Shown here one piece after another: positions 48,983 to 58,861 of a DNA stretch of 64,000 bases. Location of the stretch: the NCBI GenBank assembly GCA_034521815.1, contig JAXHLW010000013.1, forward strand, positions 1,440,001 through 1,504,000. The letters are read 5' to 3'. A program made the translations under genes and the position numbers. Every line of letters begins with the position of its first letter. Within the stretch, counting starts at the first letter, position 1. A model generated the notes under the pieces. That model was not told where the DNA came from. It searched no databases and saw nothing but the letters and a program-made list of their open reading frames with translations. The stretch is from Trueperaceae bacterium. Lineage in GTDB: Bacteria; Deinococcota; Deinococci; Deinococcales; Trueperaceae.

Positions 48983-50511
48983 TCAGCGACCATAGGCGCG
49001 GATGAACGCGTCGCGGCCGCCAGCGTTGGGGCCTTCGAGAGCGCCTTCCGTGTAGCCGGCAACGTAGACGTGGCCGATCGCGTCCGTGGCGATGCCTCGG
49101 GCGAGGTCGTCCGCGGCGGTGCCGAATTGGCGGGTCCAGCGGACGTCGCCATTTTGGTCGTAGGCGCGAATGAACGCGTCGAACTCGCCCTGCCCTAGGG
49201 CCTTCGAGGTCGCCGAACGTGGTTCCGGCAACGTAGACGTGACCGTTCGCGTCCGTGGCGATGCCTCGGGCGAGGTCGTCCGCGGCGGTGCCGAATTGGC
49301 GGGTCCAGCGGACGTCGCCGTCTTGGTCGTACGCGCGAATGAACGCATCGTCGTTGCCGGCGTTGCTGCCTTCGAGGGCGCCGAGCGTATGGCCGGCAAC
49401 GTAGACGTGACCGTTCGCGTCCGTGGCGATGCCTCGGGCGAGGTCGTCCGCGGCGGTGCCGAATTGGCGGGTCCAGCGGAGATCGCCGTTTTGGTCGTAC
49501 GCGCGAATGAACGCGTCGGCGAATCCAGCGTTGGGGCCTTCGAGGGCGCCGCTCGTGGCGCCGGCAACGTAGACGTTGCCGTTCGCGTCCGTCGCGACAC
49601 CGTGGGCGACTTCGAACGCGGTGGTGCCGAATTGGCGGGTCCAGCGGAGATCGCCGTTTTGGTCGTAGCGCGCGAATGAACGCGTCGTAGTTGCCGGCGT
49701 TGCTGCCTTCAAGGGCGCCGAACGTTCGGCCGGCAACGTAGACGTGGCCGTTCGCGTCCGTGGCGATGCCTCGGGTTATTTCGTTGCTGCTGCTACCGAA
49801 TTGACGGGTCCAGCGGAGGTCGCCGTCTTGGTCAAGAGCGCGGATGAACAAGTCGGAACCTCCAGCGTTGCTGCCTTCGAGAGCGCCTCTCGTGGTGCCG
49901 GCAACGTAGACGTGGCCGTTCGCGTCCGTGGCGATGCCTCGGGCGAGGTCGTCCGCGGCGGTGCCGAATTGGCGGGTCCAGCGGACGTTGCCGTCTTGGT
50001 CGGAGGCGCGGATGAAGGCGTCGACGCTGCCGGCGTTGCTGCCTTCGAGGGCGCCGAACGTGTAGCCGGTAGCGTAGACGTTGCCGTTCGCGTCCGTTGC
50101 GATACTGAGGGTTGTATCGCTGCTGCTGGTGCCGAATTGGCGGGTCCAGCGGAGCGCGCCGGGTGGGTCGACGGTGAGTGTAATGGTGCCTTGCTTGGTG
50201 GCGTCAGCGGTGCTGGTAGCAACAATCGTGGTGCTGCCCTCGGCAAGGGCTTCGAGGAAGCCTGTGTCGGCGTCGATCGTGGCGGTGGCCGGGTTCGCGC
50301 TGCTGGTCCACGTAACGGTGGTGGGTGCTGTGCCTGCGGTGGTGACGGTCGCAGTAAGGGTTTGCGTGTCAGCCAATGACGAGCGTGCGGTCGCCGCCGT
50401 CGATGGTGACGCTCGTGACGCTCGACGCTGACGCTGCCGCCAGCACCGCAGGCGGTAAGGGCGACCGCGAGCGCGGTGAGGGGTGGCGAGACGGGTCAGG
50501 GCGTTCCGCAT
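48983..50511 (-). CDS. Ig-like (Big_2) + 7x SBBP-type beta-propeller lipoprotein, copy 1 (frameshifted)
   Basis: GGAGG RBS, MRNALTRL...LTAC; seven ~168-nt repeats WTRQFG...ATDANG.VYVAG.T.GALEG.NAG..DAFIRAYD. Confidence 0.85.
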
Positions 50512-50623
50512 GAGTTCCTCCAGGACATCATCGTCAACTTTGGATTGCGCAGGTGGGCGAAGATACCGTGCGTTGCGACGTTCCACGGGTCACGTGATGA
50601 CTGAACCCCGGTCTTCGTTCCGG

Positions 50624-51490
50624 TCATGGTGTGGGTTCCATCGTCAGGCTACCTGACGCCTGGTACTGGTTGAGGACTTCGATCGGTGTCTTGTCTCCGA
50701 GCGCGCCGTGGGGGCGTTCTTCGTTGAACCACCTGCGCCACTGTTCCAGCATGACGCGGGCTTCCGCCAGGCTTTGGAACAGTTCCTGGTCGAGCAGCTC
50801 GTCGCGAAGGCGAGCGTGGAACGTCTCCGCGAACGGGTTTTGCCAGGGCGCGCCCGGCTCGATGAACATCGTCCCCACGCCCGTCGCCGCCAGGAACCGC
50901 TGAATGGCGTTCGCAACGAACTCGGGACCGTTATCGCTCCGCAGGTGGTTCGGAGGGCCGTACAGCGTCATGAGGCGCTCGAGAGCCTCGATCACGTCGA
51001 CCGCCTTGAAGCTCCGCGCGGCCGTCATGAACAAGCAGGTCTTCGTGTACTCGTCCGTCACCGTCAAGATCTTGAGGACGCCACCGTCGGCCGTCGCGTC
51101 GAACAGGAAATCGACGGCCCACACGTCGTGCGGCGCTTCCGCCCGGTAGCGTTCCGTCCCGTCGACCTGCGGACCCAACCGGCGGCGCTTCTGGGTGTGC
51201 TTGGGAACGCCGAGGCCGTGCAGGCGCCACAACCTGGCGACGCGCTTCTTGTTGACCCTCCAGCCCTCCTTGCGGAGCTTCACGGTGATCTTGCGGTACC
51301 CCATCCGCGGGTTCTTCCGCGACAGGTAGTGCAGGCGATCGACCAGCTTCGCATCCGCATGCGGCCGGGATCGGACGGTAGCGAATCAGGCTGCGGGAGA
51401 CGCCCAGCGCCTGGCAGGCCCTGCGCTCGCTCACGCCGAGCGTCTTGGTGACGTGCCGTACGGCCGATCGTTTCCTCTCGGCCGTCAGTA
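50624..51490 (-). CDS. IS3 OrfB, DDE transposase (extra indel ~51360)
   Basis: [45 protein letters not shown]. Confidence 0.9.
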
Positions 51491-51766
51491 CTTTCCCGCG
51501 GCCACCTCCTTCAAGATGCTGTTGTCCAGCTCCTTCTCCGCCAGCAGCTTCTTCAGCCTGGCGTTCTCCTTCTCCAGCTCCTTCAAGCGTTTCGCGTCGT
51601 CGCGGCTCATGCCGGCGTACTGCTTCCGCCACCGGTAGATCGTCCACTCGGCGACCTCGACCCGCTTGGCGGCCGCAGCGATGGACAAGCCCTCCTCGGC
51701 CTGAAGACGGTCCACCTCCCGCAACTTCGACACGATCTGCTCCGGCGAATGCGATTTGCCCTTCAT
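51485..51766 (-). CDS. IS3 OrfA (HTH)
   Basis: MKGKSHSPEQIVSKLRE...TIYRWRKQYAGM...LKELEKENARLKKLLAE. Confidence 0.92.
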   Translation of the reverse strand: MKGKSHSPEQIVSKLREVDRLQAEEGLSIAAAAKRVEVAEWTIYRWRKQYAGMSRDDAKRLKELEKENARLKKLLAEKELDNSILKEVAAGKY

Positions 51767-52085
51767 GGGACTCCCTCCTGGATACCCACACCGTAGCCGG
51801 ATCGAATCGCCCGGGGTTCGATCACACCCTCTTCCTCGACTTACAAGGCAAGCGGCAGCGTGGTGGAACGACCCCAATCGCCTTCGCGTGGATGCCGGCG
51901 AGCAACGCGTACACCTTCTGAACCAGGGTGAAAGCGCCTCCATCCTCGACTTCGAGTCGGTAGCGCGAGTCCTCCAAGGCTTCACGCCCGACAAGCCGCT
52001 CCTCGGATCCACCATCAACCGTGTCAGCGAGGGCGGCAACACACCTACAAGGGTCGATCCCGTCGAGACGTGAGTGCAACTCGAC

Positions 52086-52124
52086 ATCAGCGGGTTGTAC
52101 GTTCGAGTTCTACACGACCCACCA
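52086..52124 (+). repeat. tRNA-Lys 3'-end copy 2 (att-like)
   Basis: 39 nt with 2 mismatches to tRNA positions 48665-48703. Confidence 0.9.
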
Positions 52125-52191
52125 CCCGACACCCGTCCTGGACGAGGTGCCTTTCTTGTTGGCAGGATGACGAAGGGGCCTCCACTTGGCG

Positions 52192-53725
52192 TCATCGACC
52201 ATGAGCGCGATGGAACCCGTCGGAACTGCCGGCGTTGGGGCCTTCCAGAGCGCCTTCCGTTTCGCCGGCAACGTAGACGTGACCGTTCGCGTCCGTCGCG
52301 TTATCGTTAGCGATTTCTCTCTCGGTGGTGCCGAATTGGCGGGTCCAGCGGACGTTGCCGTCCTGGTCATAAGTGCGAAGGAACGCGTCGTAGTCGCCGG
52401 CGTTGCTGCCTTCGAGGGCGCCTCTCGTGTAGCCGACAAGGTAGGCGTGGCCGTTCGCGTCCGTCGCGACACCGCGGGCCTGGTCGCTCGCGGTGGTGCC
52501 GAATTGGCGGGTCCAGCGATGGTTGCCGTTTTGGTCGTAGGCGCGGATGAACGCGTCGGCACTGCCGGCGTTGGGGCCTTCTAAGGCGCCGAGCGTATGG
52601 CCGGCAACGTAGACGTGGCCGTTGGCGTCCGTCGCGACCCCGTTGGCGAATTCGCTCTCGGTGGTGCCGAATTGGCGGGTCCAGCGATGGTTGCCGTCTT
52701 GGTCGTAGGCGCGGATGAATGCGTCGGAGCCTCCTGCGTTGCTGCCTTCGAGAGCGCCGCTCGTTTCGCCGGCAAGGTAGACGTGGCCGTTGGCGTCCGT
52801 CGCGATACTGCGGGCCCTTTCGAACTCGGTGGTGCCGATTGGCGGGTCCAGCGGACGTTGCCGTCTTGGTCGTAGGCGCGGATGAATGCGTCGAGCTTGC
52901 CGGCACTGCCGACGAGGGTGGCTGCCGGCGCCAAGCGTTTGGCCGGTAGCGTAGACGTTGCCGTTCGCGTCCGTCGCGATACTGCTGGCCCTGTCGGACT
53001 GGGCGGTGCCGAATTGGCGGGTCCAGCGGACGTCGCCGTCTTGGTGGTAGGCGCGAATGAACGCGTCGGCACTGCCGGCGTTGCTGCCTTCGACGGCGCC
53101 GGTCGTGTACGCCGGCAACGTCGACGTTGCCGTTCGCGTCCGTCGCGATACCGCGGGCCTCTTCGCGCCCGGTGGTGGCGGTGCCGAATTGGCGGGTCCA
53201 GCGGACGTTGCCGTCTTGGTCGGAGGCGCGGATGAAGGCGTCGACGCTGCCGGCGTTGCTGCCTTCGAGGGCGCCGAACGTGTAGCCGGTAGCGTAGACG
53301 TTGCCGTTCGCGTCCGTTGCGATACTGAGGGTTGTATCGCTGCTGCTGGTGCCGAATTGGCGGGTCCAGCGGAGCGCGCCGGGTGGGTCGACGGTGATGC
53401 TAATGGTGCCTTGCTTGGTGGCGTCAGCGGTGCTGGTAGCAACAATCGTGGTGCTGCCCTCGGCAAGGGCTTCGAGGAAACCGGTCTCAGCGTGCGATCG
53501 TGGCGGTAGCGGGCTCGCTACTCGTCCACGTAACGGTGGTGGACGCTGTGCCTGCGGTGGTGACGGTCGCGGTGAGGGTTTGGGTGTCAGCAGTGACGAG
53601 CGTGCGGTCACCGCCATCGATGGCGACGCTCATGACGCTGACGCTGACGCTGCCGCCAGCACCGCAGGCCGTAAGGGCGACCACGAGCGCGGTGAGGGTA
53701 ACGAGACGGTAGAAGCGTTCCGCAT
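52192..53725 (-). CDS. Ig-like + 7x SBBP-type beta-propeller lipoprotein, copy 2 (frameshifted)
   Basis: Paralog of 48983..50511; LVVALTAC lipobox; seven WTRQFG-type repeats. Confidence 0.85.
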
Positions 53726-54086
53726 GAGCTTCCTCCAGGACATCATCGTCAACTCTGGTTTGCGCAGGTGCGCGAAGACACCGTGCGCTGCTGCCGCTCG
53801 AGGCACTCGACGACGAATCGCAGCCGTCGGCGGACCGGGTTGGCGGCACGTGCATCGATGGCTTCAGGTGCGAAGGTCGGTCGGTTCAGGACCATGGTAT
53901 TCCTTTCGGGGCGTGAGCCGGATGGAATCCTCCTGCGCGTCGACCGTAGATCGAGGTCCGTTCCCCAGCCGTTGCCATCAAGAGAACGCCCTGAACGGCA
54001 ACGGTCCGGGACACGCGATCTGTATCGAAGCGGCGGCTTGGTTCGTCACCGGCTGCCCCGAGTGCCGTGATTGCAATTCCGGCCTT

Positions 54087-55295
54087 TCAGGGCCGACGAC
54101 ACGCCAGACTCGCCGGCCGTAGAAAGCATCCACCCGGCCCACCAAGGACCTGTACGACAACCTGATTTCCTAGTTCTCTTCCAGGGATCCGAACCGTCGT
54201 CCCGTCTCCGTCTGCGTACAGCTCGCCGGAGTAGTTCGCCTTGATCGGGTTCACGTAGTAGTGGTTCATGAGGAACCGCGACGGCAGCGTCGGTGCGAAG
54301 TGCGTGAGCGCCATGCGCTTGACACCCTGTTCCTCGGCCATGACGCCAACGTCGTTGACATCCGGGTGATATTCGCGAATGTCGAAGAAGATCACTGCAT
54401 TCCGCTCGTCACCGACTTCGCGGAAGGTGTTCTCCATCAGCTCGACCAGCTCGTAGTTCATGACGTCCATGACGAGAAGATCCGCGTCCCTCGACTGATG
54501 ACGCAGCTCCTCCGTGATCAGCGTGTCGCTCGAGATCACGACCTTCTTGCCCGCGAACTCGATCGTGTAGCCGAACACCGGCTCGACCGGCGGGTGCGCG
54601 ACTCGAAAGGCGGTCACGACGACACCGTCCTTTCGGTACACCTCGACGACGGTCTCGTCCGCGCTGAACTCCGAGGCCGTCGCACCGTGGAACTCCGATG
54701 GCATCCACTGTTCGGTGTGATGCAGCGTCCGATAGTCCGAGTCCTCGGCGTAGCTGGCATTGAATCCCTGTACGATCGCGTCCGTCCCCGTCGGTCCGTA
54801 GATCACGAGGTTCTTCTCCCGACCGAGCATGAAGCTTCGCTGAATGACCTCGCCGAGGTCGGCGATGTGGTCGTTGTGAAAGTGCGTGATGAACACGGCA
54901 TCCAGCGCATCCATGGGAAGAGTCGACTGCTCCATCCGCTTCTGCGCGTAATCGCCGGCATCAAAGAGCAGGAACTGCCCATTCACGAACACTACGTTGG
55001 CCGTCTGAGCCTCGGTCGGACTCATGGGCCCCGCCGTCCCCGGAAGGAAGACGGTGATCACGTCTGGGTCGAGAAACTCTGCGCGAGCTTTGTCGCGCGA
55101 CTCCTGCTGCTGGACCACGCTCCGGCGAACCACAGTATCGGCCGGTGCGCCCAACGCATCGATGATTGGGGTCGCACCGCTGGGCGCCGCAGCAGGGGCC
55201 GAAGAAGCCGCCATCACCCGCACGCCAAGCGCGCCCAAACCGGTCACCGCCACGCCCTGCAATAACGTTCGACGCGTGATGGATTTACGCTGCAT
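54087..55295 (-). CDS. Tat-exported MBL-fold (RNase Z/sulfatase-like) hydrolase (true stop possibly 54170)
   Basis: TRRTLL Tat signal, FDAG, THFHNDHIAD, SSDT, YH, LTHF. Confidence 0.85.
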   Translation of the reverse strand: MQRKSITRRTLLQGVAVTGLGALGVRVMAASSAPAAAPSGATPIIDALGAPADTVVRRSVVQQQESRDKARAEFLDPDVITVFLPGTAGPMSPTEAQTANVVFVNGQFLLFDAGDYAQKRMEQSTLPMDALDAVFITHFHNDHIADLGEVIQRSFMLGREKNLVIYGPTGTDAIVQGFNASYAEDSDYRTLHHTEQWMPSEFHGATASEFSADETVVEVYRKDGVVVTAFRVAHPPVEPVFGYTIEFAGKKVVISSDTLITEELRHQSRDADLLVMDVMNYELVELMENTFREVGDERNAVIFFDIREYHPDVNDVGVMAEEQGVKRMALTHFAPTLPSRFLMNHYYVNPIKANYSGELYADGDGTTVRIPGRELGNQVVVQVLGGPGGCFLRPASLACRRP

Positions 55296-55377
55296 GGGTT
55301 TTCTCCTTTGATGACCTATGTGCGCGAACGACGTGAGAGCTATCAACGAGAGAATTGAGGGGGCGACGTACGTGCAT

Positions 55378-56481
55378 CTATCGATCGTCCCCGCTGTCCG
55401 TTGCGATTCGGGACATGGCCGGAGCCGGAATGTCGCTGACGTCGACCTCCTCGCCAAGCGCCGACCTTACGATCAGGCTAATCGTCTCCGGTTGGTCGTT
55501 CTGCAGGTAGTGGTTCGCGTTCTCGAGTTGCCAGTACCAACCTCGTGCTCCGCGATCGAAGAGGTACTCCTCCCACACGTAGTCCGCCACTCGTACCGGC
55601 GCAACCGGATCGTCCAGACCCCAGATGAGCGACGTCGGGATGTCACTGGCCTCGAGCGTTTCGAGCCAACCGTTCTCGAACTGGGCGCGCTCGGCGAGGT
55701 ACTGGATGGTGGCGTGCTGGACCTCGCCGCCATCGTCGTAGTCGATGGACGTAGCAATCCCTTCGATCACGGCATCCGGTTGCGGCACCGCGAAGTACCC
55801 GTCGGCCAAGCCGCGCGCCACGAGGTGCCCGTTTACATACCGCGTCAGAAACGGTCCGAGCCTCTCATCCAGGAGCGCGGTTTGGAACCGGGTGAGATCT
55901 GCAAGTGGCAGGTAGATGTTGCCATTGGTGATGAAGTGATGGGTGATCACGTAGGAGTTCTGTGCCTGGTAGAGATCGAGGAAAGCAAGGCCGACGCTGT
56001 TTCCCTTGTCATGCGTCAGCATCGCGAACGAGTCGAGGCCAAGGACCTCGGTAACGTAGTGTTCGACCAAGAGCGCATCGTCGAACAGCGAGTAGACGAA
56101 TCCCTCCTTCGGCTTGTCCGAGAGGCCGTACCCCGGAGTGTCGAGGGCGACGACGTAGTAGTCATCGTCCAGGCGATCCACGAGCTCGTGAAAGTCGAAG
56201 CTGCTCGTCGGGTAGCCATGGATCATCAGGATGGCGGGGCTCGACGGGTCGCCGCTCTGGATGGTGAACACGTCGAGCTCGCCGAACTCTTCGTTCTCCG
56301 GTCGTGTCGACGTCCAACCGATGTACGAACCGCGGTCCTGCCACGCCTGGGCGAGCTCGCTCAGTTGCCGCGTCGGTCTGGTGGCGAGCGGGAGCACAGC
56401 AAAGAGAAGAACCACGATCAGCGCCAAGAGGCTGCCCGCAACGATCAGTACGACGCGAACAAGATGGTGTTTTGGCCTCAT
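55378..56481 (-). CDS. membrane-anchored alpha/beta hydrolase (epoxide hydrolase/MEST-like)
   Basis: N-terminal TM, HGYPTSSFDF, DTPGYGLSDKP, THDKG nucleophile elbow, NHYLQ. Confidence 0.88.
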   Translation of the reverse strand: MRPKHHLVRVVLIVAGSLLALIVVLLFAVLPLATRPTRQLSELAQAWQDRGSYIGWTSTRPENEEFGELDVFTIQSGDPSSPAILMIHGYPTSSFDFHELVDRLDDDYYVVALDTPGYGLSDKPKEGFVYSLFDDALLVEHYVTEVLGLDSFAMLTHDKGNSVGLAFLDLYQAQNSYVITHHFITNGNIYLPLADLTRFQTALLDERLGPFLTRYVNGHLVARGLADGYFAVPQPDAVIEGIATSIDYDDGGEVQHATIQYLAERAQFENGWLETLEASDIPTSLIWGLDDPVAPVRVADYVWEEYLFDRGARGWYWQLENANHYLQNDQPETISLIVRSALGEEVDVSDIPAPAMSRIATDSGDDR

Positions 56482-56524
56482 GGGTGCCAGTATATATCTC
56501 TGCACCATCGGCGACATTAGACTT

Positions 56525-56541
56525 TGGCACACACAGTGCCA
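56525..56541. promoter_or_regulatory. palindromic operator candidate between the divergent hydrolase and TetR genes
   Basis: TGGCAC-ACACA-GTGCCA perfect 6-5-6 inverted repeat. Confidence 0.55.
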
Positions 56542-56558
56542 TCTTCTAAACTGCGGAC

Positions 56559-57182
56559 ATGGAAACCTCGCGGAACAAAGAAAAGGTGAAAGTCGATGGC
56601 AGGCATGCCCGGATGGAGCGCCACAAGGCTCAGGTCATCACAGCGCTGGTCGAATACATCCGCACGCATGAAGAGGTTCCAACCACGGATGTTCTTGCGG
56701 ACCTTGCAGCCGTTTCGCGGCGATCCGTTTTCCGTCTTTTCGAGGACCGGGCCGCGCTTCTCCGGGCCACGTCCGACGACGCATACCGACGGCTCAGCGA
56801 CCAGCTCACGTTTCCCGATGTGTCGACAGGGACGAGCGAGGAAATTCTTTCCTCGCTCGTCGACTACGTCGCGCAAGTCTTCGAGTTCATCACGCCATTC
56901 CGCCGGGTTACCGAGCGCGCCACGGCGAACCGGGCACTCATCGAAGCCGAGCGCGCACGCATGCAGGCGCTGTTCCGGGACCGGGTCAGCGAAGCCCTCG
57001 CCGCCGTCCTACCAGCTGACGCGTTGATGTCACCGATCGTCCGGGACTCCATTCGACTGGCGCTGTCCTGGAAGGCCTGGGACTATCTTCGCTCTGAACG
57101 CAGAGCCTCAGTCGAGCATGCGAAAGCAGTGATGCTGCATACCGTGCACGCGGTGCTCCGCTCGGCCAGGGCGTCGGTGTAG
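56559..57182 (+). CDS. TetR/AcrR-like regulator
   Basis: DGRHARMER, PTTDVLADLAAVSRRSVFRLFED HTH. Confidence 0.85.
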   Translation: METSRNKEKVKVDGRHARMERHKAQVITALVEYIRTHEEVPTTDVLADLAAVSRRSVFRLFEDRAALLRATSDDAYRRLSDQLTFPDVSTGTSEEILSSLVDYVAQVFEFITPFRRVTERATANRALIEAERARMQALFRDRVSEALAAVLPADALMSPIVRDSIRLALSWKAWDYLRSERRASVEHAKAVMLHTVHAVLRSARASV

Positions 57183-57529
57183 CGATTCTGTACGATCTTC
57201 GACGAGTCGGTTCATGGGAAACGAACCGCTTGCAAGTCTCTTGGTGGCTGGCCTGGGGCTGGCTGTCAGGCTGGGGTCACTCCCCTCAGACGCTTTCGGG
57301 TTCCACCAAGACCGGTCTACAAGACCGGGGCAGGTCACACTGCGCCAGGGCAGCGTGGGGCGACATCGGGTCGGTTTCCATGCCATTCGCTTGGTGTGCC
57401 GTCGTGTGCCGAACGCACCAACACGCCACCATACACGCAGATACTGAACACCAATGGACGAGATTTGCGAGCCCAAGAAAAACGTACAGGGCGGCCTTCA
57501 ACGACCCTGACGCACACAACGCGAGCCGA

Positions 57530-57575
57530 ACTTTTAATCAGCGGGTTGTAGGTTCGAGTCCTACACGACCCACCA
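57530..57575 (+). repeat. tRNA-Lys 3'-end copy 3 (att-like)
   Basis: 46 nt with 1 mismatch (CTT->TTT at the anticodon wobble base) to 48658-48703; flank similarity continues ~140 bp downstream. Confidence 0.95.
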
Positions 57576-57917
57576 TCAGAATCGCGTGAGAGGACGGGCA
57601 TCGCTGACGCTCGTCCCTCGACGCCTGCCACGCCGGGAAGAGCCGGGACACCTTTCACGACACCGTATGCGCGGGCAACGGCAACATTTGGGTGATGGCG
57701 TGGTGGAAGTCGGAAGGTTCTGGCGGTCGATCGATCGGCGATCGGCGGCGCGTCGCCTCGTTGCCACCCTCGCACCGAGCCCCCACGCGGTCTGACCGCG
57801 ACTAGGTTGGCTGCGCCCAACGACGGGTCGGCCGCGGCCCGACGTCGTCGACGCCGTTCAGCGGAAGAGACCGAGCTGAAGTCCGGGGCCTTCGGTGATC
57901 CGGGCGAAGACGCAGCG

Positions 57918-58202
57918 TTACCTTGCCTCCGCGATCAACACGGTCACGGGAAAGATGACGCCGATCCTCTCCAAATTCCGCTTGGATTCCTCCGCATTCA
58001 GACGGGCTTGGTGCGCTTGGGCGGACTTCAGATCGCGAAACGTGAGCAGGAAGATCGCCGTCTCGCCATCGATGCTCTGGTAGAACTCCGCCTCCAAGAT
58101 CCCGCGCTCCCCCGTCCGCTTCTCCCTCTCGATACCCTCGGCGGCGGCTTGCCTCCAGACCTGAAAGTCCTTGACGCGATGGTGAGCAATGAGGGTGTAC
58201 AT
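57918..58202 (-). CDS. small dimeric alpha-beta barrel (ABM/cyclase-like) protein
   Basis: MYTLIAHHRVKDFQVWR...LTFRDLKSAQA; AGGAG RBS. Confidence 0.7.
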   Translation of the reverse strand: MYTLIAHHRVKDFQVWRQAAAEGIEREKRTGERGILEAEFYQSIDGETAIFLLTFRDLKSAQAHQARLNAEESKRNLERIGVIFPVTVLIAEAR

Positions 58203-58367
58203 GCGGCGCTCCTAGTCGTGCGGTGGACACGGGTACGTACGGGCGCGCGGATCGCCTGGCGATCGATCCCAGCAACCTCCGAGATGGAGTTCACTCGGCT
58301 TGTGGGACAGGTTGGATCCTAGCAGGCTCGTGGATTGTGCGGGCTCGGCCGCCGTCACCTCCCTCGG

Positions 58368-58404
58368 TCAGCGGGTTGTAGGTCCAGTCCGACACGACCC
58401 ACCA
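58368..58404 (+). repeat. tRNA-Lys 3'-end copy 4 (degenerate att-like)
   Basis: TCAGCGGGTTGTAGGTCCAGTCCGACACGACCCACCA followed by GCGCGTGA...ACGAGCTTCTTGAAGGCTCGTCCCTC, similar to the post-tRNA hairpin. Confidence 0.85.
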
Positions 58405-58734
58405 AGCTGGGCGCGTGAAATACGAGCTTCTTGAAGGCTCGTCCCTCCTGCCCGGACTGGCATCATCGGGCAGCCCGACCCCTTGCGTACGCCGTCGAGC
58501 TGCGCGAAGCCGAGGCATGAGCTGACGAACGAGGTAGCGGTCGTGCGACGGAGGACGCTGGCGCCCAGACTCTACGCAGGCAGACCTCGACTCGGTGGGC
58601 TCCCGATACTGTGCGGCATCTGGTGGTAGGAAGCCGGGAAGGACGACAACGTCGCTACGTGCGTCATCGGATCAGTCACATTGCGTTGCGAGGGCTCCAA
58701 CACGGCAACGTCCTAGTCTTGATCGTCATCTTCA

Positions 58735-58841
58735 CCTGGCACGACTACCTGCCCGACCCGACCCTGGTCGACGCGATCCTCGACTTCTTCCTTCACAACG
58801 CCCACCACTTCGACCTGCACGGCGACGGCATGCGCGCATAG
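58735..58841 (+). pseudogene. IS21-family IstB C-terminal remnant
   Basis: WHDYLPDPTLVDAILD..LHNAH.FDLHGDGMR matches the IstB C-terminal pattern. Confidence 0.7.
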
Positions 58842-58861
58842 CGGAGGCTTCGTGTGCCGCA

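Larger units (their letters stand above)
50598..51824 (-). mobile_element. IS3-family insertion sequence (~1.23 kb)
   Basis: Imperfect terminal IRs TGACTGAACCCCGG / TGATCGAACCCCGG with 5'-TG...CA-3' ends; orfA and orfB; GGGAAAG slippery site at 51491-51497. Confidence 0.9.

Noticed and set aside
48983-53480. Regular repeats (CCGAATTGGCGGGTCCAGCG) as a CRISPR array
   Set aside because: The period is ~168 nt, the intervening sequences are homologous to each other and encode propeller blades, and no cas genes are present
48983-53725. Diversity-generating retroelement (TR/VR pair)
   Set aside because: No reverse transcriptase in the window, and the differences between copies are not adenine-specific
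56525-56539. sigma54 promoter (TGGCAC-N5-GTGC)
   Set aside because: The -12 element deviates from TTGC, the site is a perfect palindrome next to a TetR gene, and both flanking genes already have -10 boxes
57800-57920. Integron attC site (GCCCAAC ... GTT)
   Set aside because: No matching GTTRRRY partner in attC geometry and no IntI gene
52086-58404. Additional functional tRNA-Lys genes
   Set aside because: The copies lack the 5' half (acceptor 5' strand, D arm), and two have T-arm mutations
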